From the human T2T-CHM13v2.0 reference genome, Homo sapiens: a DNA stretch of 64,000 nt. Numbering within the stretch: the first letter of the stretch is position 1; each line of letters begins with the position of its first letter. The notes under the pieces were generated by a model, which was not told where the DNA came from, did not search any database, and was given only the letters and a program-made list of their open reading frames with translations. Below, one piece after another: positions 14,547-27,767 of the stretch. Both the position numbers and the translations under genes were made by a program. The DNA lies in assembly GCF_009914755.1 (NCBI RefSeq), contig NC_060937.1; one strand, 5' to 3'.

Positions 14547-15234
14547 GCGCCGCAGGGCGGAGGCCTGTCCTCCTCCGCGGTCTCGGCCACCTCGCGCTGG
14601 TGCGCTCCGACACTGTACTGGGATCTCACGCGTGTGCGGGAGCGGGAGGGCAGGTGAGCTGCGCAGAGCCGGGCCGCAGACTCAGCTCCCAGGGCTCACC
14701 CACCGCCTGCGGGGAAGGTGCCCGGCGGCGCCGCGTCGGGTCCGCTCTGCGCTGCCCCCTCCTCGGACTCTGCGCCTGGCTGCCGGACGCCGTGGGTCCC
14801 AAAGGAAGCAACCGCGGCAAGAGTGAACTCCGCACCTGGAAAATCGATCCGCTGTGCGCAAAGGCCAGCCAATGGCCTCCAACGGGCGGCGGGCTTTGGG
14901 CCGGGAACGGGGGCGCAGGCGCCCAGGCGGGGGCTTCTAGTGGGGGAGGTGGCCGAGGGAGGGAGCGACGGCTGTCAATCACAGGCCACGCCCTCCTCAG
15001 CCCAACCCCCCACTGCTGTCCCGCCCACGGGGGCGGGAGCCGTGTGCGCCACGCCGAACACTAGTCTACGCCTCGGCATATTCTATTGGCTGGAAGGCCG
15101 TGGGAAGCGGCTACCAGTAACCAATAGTAACGCACAATTGGCCCGTGGGGGCGGGGCGAGCACGGCTTGCTTTCTCAGGAGCCAATAGGGAAAAGGAAAG
15201 TGAAGCGTTTCCTGAGTTCGGGGGTCGGCGGAAG

Positions 15235-15278
15235 ATGGCGGCCGGCGAAAGGAGCTGGTGCCTGTGCAAGTTGTTGAG
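15235..15278 (+). CDS. ALG11: ALG11 alpha-1,2-mannosyltransferase exon 1 (MAAGERSWCLCKLLR)
   Basis: Good-context ATG (AAGATGG), 44 nt, donor GAG|GTGAGC. Confidence 0.95.
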
Positions 15279-16601
15279 GTGAGCAGCCGGTCGTGTGGGC
15301 TCACAGACGTTTTCTCTTCTGTAGGGGTACTTGCCCGTCCAGTGTAGCTAAATTTTGCGGGCAAATGGCCTTCCTTGTCATGAATCTAAGGTAATTTCTC
15401 AGGCCAATGAGCAGTCTTTCTTTTTCTTGGGGGTCTTCTATATAGACTGGAATAGACTAGGTCTTAAAGACTCAATTTACCGCGTTTTCTTCTGCTTCAC
15501 TGTTGGCCGAGGGGTCGAGTTCCCTTCCCTGCTTCAGCTTTTTTTTTCCCTTTCACACTCCAGTTAGTCTGTCATAAATTATTCATATTCATTCCTTATT
15601 TCTCTTTACGATTGAGCCACGAGACATTTTCCAATCTATCATGTCTCTTTTCGGTAAAGAAGAAACCGGATCTTCCTTCTCATCTTAGTTTCTACTCTTA
15701 AACTCACCAAAACTGCCATTGTTAACACGTCACTTAAATATAAAGCTTATGTTGAATCCTCTGCTTTTTGATAATCTGTTACTTTAATTTTTATGATGTA
15801 AGAAGTTACATAAAATATTATTTTATTTGTATTACGTGTATATGCTGTTTCTTCTAGAAAAATTAGAAAATAGATAAGTAAAAGGAAAAAACCCCAGGAA
15901 TGCTACCATCCGGAGATAGCCACTGTTAACATTTTGGTGAAAAAACTCCCAGGCTTTTTTCCACCTTTGTTGTTGTAGTACTACTGTATTTTAAATGCCT
16001 TGCCCTCCACTAATAAAACAGAAGGCCTAGTATATTCTACCTACCTAGTTTTTTTACCACCTACATATTTTTGTTCAGGCTGAAAATTTATAATTAACAC
16101 CATAGCTTCCTGAATAGCAGTATATACCTAATTCTTTCAAAAGTTCAGGCATTTCTTCTTCGTTTTTGTCCACTCTACTTCAAATTCTGTAATCATTACT
16201 TTAAACATTTTGAATGAGAAAGTCTGTTATCAGAGCCTTTTGGTTCTTCCCTGTCATACGTAATATTCCTCAGTGCTTTACATTATAATGTTTAAATAAA
16301 CTCACTAACCAGACTTAAAGGACAGGTTTAACTTTAGTTATTATGCAGCTTTTAAGTTAAATGTTTAATAGTTCAGTTTGAAAAGCTTGTCACATGAATT
16401 TTCCCACCTAAATTATTTGAAGGAATTGCCAGAAAAACCTTTACATTATATGGGTCAGCTGCATTTTAAATAAGCTTTTGAAAGAGTGTCCTGAGAAAGC
16501 AAACTGTCCTCTGTAGTGTTGCTTTTATGAATTCATATATTCCAAATGTTAAATAAATGATAAATCTTACCACTTTTGTCAGACTCTGTTCATCCTTTAA
16601 G

Positions 16602-17740
16602 GCAGTGGTTCTCAAATTGTGCTCCATGGACCATGCAGGTCCCAAGGCCCTGCAATGGATCCTCAACAAATCTGTTTTTATAATAACATTAATGTAATAT
16701 TTGCCTATTTTACTATGTTGATAAGTGCAAAAGTGATAGCGGATAAAACTAAGTGATAGTGGATTTTAATTAACAGTGTGAAAAGGTCATTGATAGGGTT
16801 TCAGAGTCTGTATTGCAACTGACATTAAGAAACTGCATAACTTGTCAAATGTGGTCTAGCATCAGAGAAGAATATCTGTAACTAGCTGAAAAGTTAAATA
16901 TATTTTAAACATAAGATCAATATATATTAAAATATACTCCCTTTTCCTACTACATGTCTAAGTTAGCCTGAATTTTCTTCATATACTTCAACAAAAACAA
17001 CATATCACTAGATTGAATGCAGAAACAGAAAGGAGGAGCCACTATCTGGTTTCACGTTAAGCCAGACATTAAAAAGATTTGCAAAAAGTGTAAATCATTG
17101 GCACCCTTCTTGCTAAATTTCTTTTTTTGGTTTGGAAAAGATAGTTTTTTAATAAAAATATGTTAATGTGTTATGAAAGAATTTTTATTTTCAAATGAAT
17201 TCATAAAAAGTTTAAAGTTCTTTAGTTTTCATTTCTAATATGCTAAATATTGGTAGATATAAGCAGTGTAAACCACTGGTTCTCAACCAGGGGTGATTTT
17301 TGCCCTTCGCAAGACATTTGGCATTTGGCAATATCTGGAGGGCTTTTTTTTTTTAATTTTTTTTTTAGAGATAAGAGTCTTGCTCTGTTGCCCAGGCTGG
17401 AGTGCAGTGGCATGATCATAGCTTACTACAGCCTTGAACTCCTGGGCTCAAGCAATCCTCCCACCTCAGCCTCCCAAAATGTTGGGATTACAGGCATGAG
17501 CCACCATGCCCAACTGATAATTTTGATTGGGAGGGTGCTACTGGCATCTAAGTGGGTCAAGACCAAAGATGCTACTAAATATAATACATAGGACAACCTC
17601 CGCAACAAATAATTATTTGGTCCAAAATGTCAGTAGTGTCAAGGATGAGAAACTCTGATGTAAACAAAAGCTCTATTGTATCCTCAGTAAAATTTTTAAG
17701 AGTATAAAGGTGTATAAAGAATATAAAGACCAAATTATTT
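16602..17740. mobile_element. hAT-Charlie DNA transposon remnant containing MER20 (17274-17657), itself interrupted by an antisense Alu monomer
   Basis: cagtggttctcaa start; MER20 bounded by the 8-bp TSD gtgtaaac/atgtaaac. Confidence 0.7.
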
Positions 17741-17936
17741 TAGACCAATTATTTCAGCTTTGAAATAAAGTGCTCATGTGGGATTTCAAATAGAGTCAAA
17801 TACCTCTTCAAGTACACAGTAGGAAATCCCACATGAGATTTGTTCACAATAGGAACAAATGAGGATTTGTTCACAATAGGAAATCCCACATGAGAACTTT
17901 ATGTCAAAACTAAATATCAATAAAATATTTACTTCT

Positions 17937-18233
17937 GGCCAGGTGCAGCAGCTCATGCCTGTAATCTCAATGCTTTGGAAGGCCAAGGCAGGAGGATTAC
18001 TTGAGGCCAAGAGTTTGAGACCAGCCTGGGCAACATAGCAAAACCCTATTTCTACAAAAAACATTTTTTTAATTAGCTGGGTGTGGTGGCATGCACCTGT
18101 AGTTCCAGCTTCTCAGGAGTCTGAGGCAGGAGGATCGCTTGAGCCAAGGAGTTTGGGGCTGCAGTGATTGCTATGATTGCACCACTGCACTTCAGCCTGG
18201 GTGACAGAGTGAGACCCTGTATCTAAAAAAAGC
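17937..18233 (+). mobile_element. Alu (AluJ-like)
   Basis: Dimeric Alu. Confidence 0.9.
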
Positions 18234-18288
18234 AAAATTTACTTTTCTGATGAATTTGTATGTTTTCATGTGGGCAGTGAAAACTATG

Positions 18289-20577
18289 TGATATGGTTTG
18301 GCCGTGACCCCACCCAAACCTCAAGTTGAATTTTATCTCCCAGAATGCCCACATGTTGTGGGAGGGATCCAGGGGGAGGTAATTGAATCATGGGGGCCAA
18401 TCTTTCCCATGCTATTCTCGTGATAGTGAGTAAGTTCACGAGATCTGATGGGGTTTATCAGGGGTTTCTGCTTTTGCTTCTTTCTGATTTTTCTCTTGCT
18501 GCCACCATGTAAGAAGTGCCTTATGCCTCCCGCCATGATTCTGAGGCCTCATAGCCATGTGGAACTGTAAATCCAATTAAACCTATTTTTGTTCCCAGTT
18601 TCGAGTATGTCTTTATCAGCAGCGTGAAAATGAACTTGGTACCATAAATTAGTACCAGTAGAGTGGGGTGCTGCTGAAGAGATACCCAAAAATGTGGAAG
18701 CGACTTTGGAACTGGGCAACAGGCAGAGGCTGGAACAGTTTGGAGGGCTCAGAAGAAGCCAGGAAAATGTGGGAAAGTTTGGAACATCCTAGAGACTTGT
18801 TGAATGGCTTTGAACAAAATGCGGATAGTGATATGGACAACGAAATCCAGGCTGAGGTGGTCTCAGATGGAGATGAAGAACTTGTTGGGAACTGGAGAAA
18901 GGTGACTCCTCTTATGTTTTAGCAAAGGTACTAGAGGCATTTTGCCCCTGCCCTAGAGATTTGTGGAACTTTGAACTTGAAAGAGATGATTTAGGGTATC
19001 TGGTGTAAGAAATTTCTAAGCAGCAAAGAATTCAAGAAGTGACTTGGGTGCTCTTAAAAGCATTCCATTTTAAAAGCGGAACAGAGCATAAAAGTTCAGA
19101 AAATTTGCAGCCTGACAATGCAGTAGAAAAGAAAGACCCATTTTTTTAGGAGAAATTCAAGCTGGCTGCAGAAATTTTCAAAAGTAGCAAGGAGCCTAAT
19201 GTTAATCCTGAAGACCATGGGGGAAAATGTCTCCAGGCAATGTCGGAGACCTTCATGGCAGCCTCTCTCATGGCAGGCCTGGAGGCCCAGGAGGAAAAAG
19301 TGGTTTTGTGGGCCAGGTGCAGGGGCCCTGTGCTGTGTGCAGCCTAGGGACTTGGTACCCTGTGTCCCAGCTGCTCCAGCCGTGGCTGAAAGGGGCCAAT
19401 GCAGAGCTAGTGCTGTGGCTTCAGAGGGTGAAAGCCCCAAGCCATGGTAGCTTCACATGGTGTTGAGCCTGCGGGTGCACAGAAGTCAAGAATGGAAATT
19501 TGGGAACCTCTACCTAGATTGCAGAAGATGTATAGAAACGCCTGGATGCCCAGGCAAAAGTTTGCCACCGGGGCAGGGCCCTCATGGAGAACCTCTGCCA
19601 GGGCAGTGCAGAAGGGAAATGTGGGGTTGGAGCCCCCACACAGAGTCCCTACTGGGGCACTGCCTAGTGGAGCTGCGAGAAGAGGGCCACCGTCCTCCAT
19701 ACCCCAGAGTGGTAGATCCACTGACAGCTTGCACCGTGTGCCTGGAAAAACCTCAGACACTCAACGCCGGCCCATGAAAGCAGCCAGGAGGGAGGCTGTA
19801 CCCTGCAAATCTACAGGGGCAGAGCTGCTCAAGACCATGGGAACCCACCTCTTGCTTAAGCATGACCTGGATGTGAGACCTGGAGTCAAAGGAGGTCATT
19901 TTGGAGCTTTAAAAATTTGACTGCCCCACTGGATTTTGGACTTGCATGGGCCCTGTAACCCCCTTGTTTTGGCCAATTTCTCCCATTTGGAACAGCTGTA
20001 CTTACCCAATACCTGTACTCCCATTGTATCTGGGAAGTAACTAGCTTACTTTTGATTTTACAGGCTCATAGGCAGAAGGGACTTGCCTTGTCTCGGATGA
20101 GACTTTGGACTGTGGACATATGGGTTAATGCTGAAATGAGTTAAGACTTTGGGGGACTGTTGGGAAGGCATAATTGGTTTTGAAATGTGATGACGTGAGA
20201 TTTGGAGGGGCCAGGGCAGAATGATATGGTTTGGCCATGTCCCCACCCAAATCTCAGTTTGAATTGTGTCTCCCAGAATTCCCATGTGTTGTGGAAGGGA
20301 CCCAGGGGAAGGTAATTGAATCATGGGGGCCGGTCTTTCCCATGCTATTCTCATAATAATGAATAAGTCTCATGAGATCTGATGGGTTTATCAGGGGTTT
20401 CCGCTTTTGCTGCTTCCTCGTTTTTCTCTTGCCCACTGCCCTGTAAGAAGTGCCTTACACCTCCTGCCGTGATTCTGAGGTCTCCCCAGCCATATGGAAC
20501 TGTAAGTCCAATTAAATCTCTTTTTGTTCCCCGTTTTGGGTACGTCTTTATCAGCAGTGTGAAAACGAAGTAATACA
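18289..20577 (+). mobile_element. Full-length THE1A MaLR element (5' LTR about 18289-18644, internal region, 3' LTR 20222-20577) in ALG11 intron 1
   Basis: Two homologous tgatatggtttgg LTRs around THE1-int; 5-bp TSD ctatg/ctgtg. Confidence 0.9.
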
Positions 20578-21702
20578 CTGTGTAACTACACAAAACATCC
20601 CCTATTTGCCTAGGCTACTGAGCAGCCCAGAGCCCAGTCTGCTATTCACTACTATGTATGTAAATACAGCCTGCATACCTGTGTCCATCATCAACCACCA
20701 TCCCAACATACACACCATCTTTATTCTATTTTCACTGGTCCTGACTTTTTATTATTTAACTTTTGGCATTTTATTGTTTTTAAATCTTATAAGCCCTCCT
20801 CAAATCCTTTATAAAGGATAGGCAGAGTATGAAAAATATTAAGTTAGATTCCAACTGTATTGGCAACCCTAAAAGAAAAGCACCTTGGCATTTTATTTTA
20901 ACACATTTTAAGCAACATCTGAAGACGTAATAAACTTTTGCATCCGTCATATATTCATTGGATGCCTTCTCTGTGCCAGGCATCGTACTTGGCATTGGGG
21001 ACATGGTATGAGCAAGCCTGGGCCCTTGCTTTTGCAGAGCTTCAATCGACCTGACAGCAATGGAGAACCTTTTAACAGTCACTTTGTGAATGAGTTTACT
21101 AATGAGTATTAAGTAGAACATTAGTGGGTTTTTGGCAGCTCATTCAGAGGTACATAAGGGAAGGTAGTAGTATTAGATCATGTAAATAGAGCAAATACAG
21201 AACTGGAAATAGAAGTGGAGAAATCTAAGTTCCATTCCTTTATCCCAGAAATTGTTCTACTTGAGGTGAAGTGATGGAATGAAAAAGATTTACTATCTTA
21301 CCAGACTTTAGTGGAATATTGATCGTTCAAAAGACATATTTTTTTTGGCATCTGACCCTCAAAATGACAGTATATAACACATTCTTAATCATGTCTTGTT
21401 TAGATTAATAGTTAAATTTGTTTTAATCCCATAACATATATACTAAGTCAGGAGAAAGGGGGTTCAATGTTGATTTTTACTGCTGATTAAAGTATGTTCA
21501 ATTGGTAACATGCTACAGGAATTGGAACTAAAGGGGACTTATCCTTTCAATGTTGGATATTTAGCAGCATTAGAATTTTCATACTTGAGTATTTTGTTAG
21601 CAGACTCGTTAAAGACAATTCTCTCTTTGTTACTAATATATAAAGTAGATATGTAAAAGCAGACTTTAATTTGTAATTTTTTTAATGTATATATCACATT
21701 GA

Positions 21703-21960
<258 letters not shown>

Positions 21961-21980
21961 TAGGTATCCATCTTTCTTAG

Positions 21981-22336
<356 letters not shown>

Positions 22337-22475
22337 TCATCTTTCTAAAGTACCTAAAGTAAAAAATGAATTCCTTTTTAAACTGTTCTTCAATAAGAAA
22401 ATATTTCTTTCATGTGCCCACATACCTTATATGATCTTATTTGACTTTAGTTACTATGATAAAGAAATAGACAAA

Positions 22476-22768
22476 CCCAGGCATGGTGGCTCACACCAGT
22501 AATCCCAGTACTTTGTGAAGCCGTGGCAGGTGAATCACTTGAGCCCAAGAGTTTGAGACCAGCCTGGGCACCATGGCGAAACCCTGTCTCTACAAAAAAT
22601 TATCTGGGCATGGTGATGCGCACCAGCTTCTCCAGAGGCTGAGGTGGAAAGATTGACTGAGCCTGGGAAGTCAAAGCTACAGTGAGCCATGATTGTGCAC
22701 TGACTGCACTCCAGCCTGGGTGACAGAGTGAGAACCCGTCTCAAGGGAAAACAAAAAAGAAAGAAAGA
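22476..22768 (+). mobile_element. Alu (AluJ-like)
   Basis: Degenerate dimeric Alu. Confidence 0.85.
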
Positions 22769-24897
22769 AATGGACAGTGGATGGGGAAAACATCTGCCCT
22801 TTTATGGCATAAATTAATGGGAATAACTGGTCCCCTTGGGAGAGCATATACAGAAGAGATTAAGTAATTGACAGAAATATACCAAGTATGTCAGAGCACT
22901 TTAAGCCTGAATACTTTCAGGCAGTTGTGGCACACAGGAATAATCTTTATGAAAGTATCTATTTGACTCAAATTTTTATATCATTACCAGCTGGATAGTC
23001 TCAACTTACCATGTTAGAAGGAATATGGTGTTATACATCTTTTAATATTTGAGGCTTCGTCATCACCACCCCCCATACCCCCAAAATATTTATGATTCTC
23101 TTTTAGAAAGGAAAAAGCATAGTAGGTTCCATTATTTTATCATATGAGGAAAACTGTTACTCTTCATGGTTACCCTACTTCCTGGTACACACCCTTCATT
23201 CAGTGCCAAGGCCTTCACACAGAATTACCTCAGCTATACTTTTCTGTAATCCTGGCCCATCCTAGCTTCCAGGCCCTACCCCTGTATTTGCTCTGCCATC
23301 TTCTGTAACTGCCTAAATACAAAGAATTCTCATAATTCCCAACTCCGTGATGCTTTTCCTACTCTCGTTGATAATACTTTTTTCTTCTCTAACCAGATTA
23401 TCTACCTCTTGATGGCGGTGGTAAAGTTTCATGATATCTGTACACATAGTCCCCAGCAGCCTCTATTACTCCTAACCCATCTACAAGGAGAAAAAAACCA
23501 AATCATTAATATGACTTGGAAGATACTTTTTCATCTTGCTCTGGCCACATTGCGTTTCTCATCCCTCCCCATTCCTTCACAGGTACTTTACTCTGACATG
23601 CAGAACAAGGAGCAGCTCCCTGAACACATCATGCTCTCTCTCGAGTCCTTCCCTTTCTATATAATGTTCTTTTCTTCTGAAATAACCTTTTTCTCCCCAG
23701 TTAATTTCTACAAGCCTTTCCTAACTCAACACATACTACAGTGCACTTTTCATTCGACCTAGCAGTATTTATTGGGGACCTGCTATGTGTCAGGCACTGT
23801 TCTGGGGGTTGAGATTAAGAGAACAAGATCGATCAAGTCCTTCTCTCCTGGACGTTTGATTTTAGTTGAGAGAGACAAGATAATAAGCAAAGAAGAAAAA
23901 TATCAAATAGTGAGACGTGCTATATAAAAAGTTAAAATAGGGTAATATAGGAGTGACTTGATACTTTAGATAGAGTGATCAGGGAAATATCTGATAACAA
24001 TCAAAATCTGAATGACAAAAACAGCTGCATTCACTGCGTGATGATTGTATGTTAGGTATTGTTTGAAGTGCTTTACATGTGTTAGCTCACTTGATCCTCA
24101 GAACAGCCTTTTGCAGTTGTTACCATTATCCTCATTTGACAAAGAAGAAAACTGGGGCACTAGAGCCCATGTTCTGAACCACATGCTAAACTGCCTGCCT
24201 TATGAAAAGACAGTGAAAATGAGAAAAGAGAATTCAGAGTAGAGAGAACAACCACTGCAAGTCCCCTAAGGCTGGTTGGAGCTTGGCGTGTTAAAAAAAA
24301 AGAATGCCAGTTTGGCTGCACCCTGGAGGGCAAAGGAGAGCATGGGAAGGGAGGTGACAGAGGGAGGCAGGTTCCAGATCACACAGGACTTGAGTGAGCA
24401 GGGAAATTAGTTTAGATTTTATTCTAAGTGCTATAGTAAACCAGTTTTGGGGTTACTGTTCTGTGACATGGTTTAGGGGCTGCCATGTTTGGTCTCCATC
24501 ATACTGTTGCAATTAGATGGCAGCTGGGGCTGGAGGCATCTGAAGCCTTTTTCACTCACATTCTGGTTCTTGGGCTGGGATAACTGGACCTGCTGGGGGC
24601 TGTCGGGCATCTCTCTCACTGAGGAGCTTCTTCATGTGACTTGGTTGTGCTTGCATACAACATAGCAATCTCGGGCTGGTTGGACTCCGTACATGACAGC
24701 TGTCTTCTCCTAGCATGAGCATTCCAGGAGACAGGAAGTAGGAGCTGCCAGTCCCTTAGAGTCTATGTTGGGAAACTGGCACAATGTCACTTTTGCCATA
24801 TTCTGTTGGTCAAAATAGTCACAGAGCCAGGTGTTATTCCAGGGGAGGGGACTTAGATGCCACCTCTCAGTGAGAAAAGTATCAAAGAATTTGTGGC

Positions 24898-25206
24898 CCG
24901 TCCGGGCACAGTGGCTCACACCTGTAATCCCAGCACTTCAGGAGGCCAAGTCTGGCAGATCACTTGAGGCCAGGAGTTTGAGACCAGCCTGGTTAACATG
25001 GCAAAACCCCTTCTCTACTTAAAAAATACAAAAATTAGCTGGGCATGGTGGCACACATCTGTAATCCCAGCTTCTCAGGAGGCTGAGGCACGAAAATCAC
25101 TTGAACCCGAGAGGTGGAGGCTACAATAAGCCAAGATCACGCCACTGTACTCCCGCCTGGGCGACAGACAGAGCGAGACCCTGTCTTAAAAAAAGAAAGA
25201 AAAAAC
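24898..25206 (+). mobile_element. Alu (AluS-like) inside an old MLT1-like fragment
   Basis: Dimeric Alu; flanking repeat gaatttgtgg. Confidence 0.88.
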
Positions 25207-25382
25207 AAATGGAATTTGTGGGCATTTTTAGGCTACCAGAGATCACAATCTTTTTTCACATTTTAAAAGGCTCATTCTTGCTGCTGGGTAAAGAGTGACT
25301 GGGAAGGGGCCAGAGAGGAGCAGTTAGATTGTCATCCTTTAGGCTTCCCCAGCATCCTGTGGGTGTCTTTATCAATGCGTAG

Positions 25383-25791
<409 letters not shown>

Positions 25792-26221
25792 TGACTCAAA
25801 GAATAATTATAAACAGAGGGAGACCAAAGTATTACAAGTCATTAAAGAATATACTTTTAGATATTTTCATACTAATTATATCTAATTGTGATATAGGCAC
25901 AAGATCTAGCTTTTAAAGACTTGCATTTTTCAGATAAAAACCCTGAGTATTGCTTTAGTATTGTGATCCTATCTGAAGACAGGTTTGTTGAATCTTAATT
26001 CTTGTTTATAGTATTTTATTACCATTTTTTTTACTAAGAACACTGTCAAAACTTTTTAGTATTTCTTTAGACCATCTCATTCATAAATCAACACTTACTG
26101 TTGATGCCTGTTCTGTGTGAAACCCTCAGTGGAGGAAATAGCAAAGAACTAGAAGTCATGGTCTCATTTGAAGGACTGTACTTCTAATTCAATAAAAAAT
26201 GTAGAAAACATCATTTTTAGT

Positions 26222-27767
<1,546 letters not shown>

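Larger units (their letters stand above)
13980..15310. promoter_or_regulatory. CpG island / bidirectional promoter of ATP7B (-) and ALG11 (+)
   Basis: Very GC- and CpG-rich; the two ATGs are head-to-head 1082 nt apart; CCAAT boxes at 14869, 15085(-), 15121, 15137(-), 15182; GC box at 15148; ETS CGGAAG and YY1 AAGATGGCGGC overlap the ALG11 ATG. Confidence 0.92.

Noticed and set aside
14651-14659. Plus-strand donor-like CAG|GTGAGC in the promoter
   Set aside because: No supporting exon or acceptor identified from sequence alone
14369-15188. Long plus-strand ORFs (231, 133 and 156 aa) in the CpG island
   Set aside because: Expected from stop-poor GC-rich DNA; low-complexity composition and no recognisable domain
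18668-19920. ORFs of 80-158 aa inside THE1-int
   Set aside because: Fragmented MaLR internal frame with stops and frameshifts
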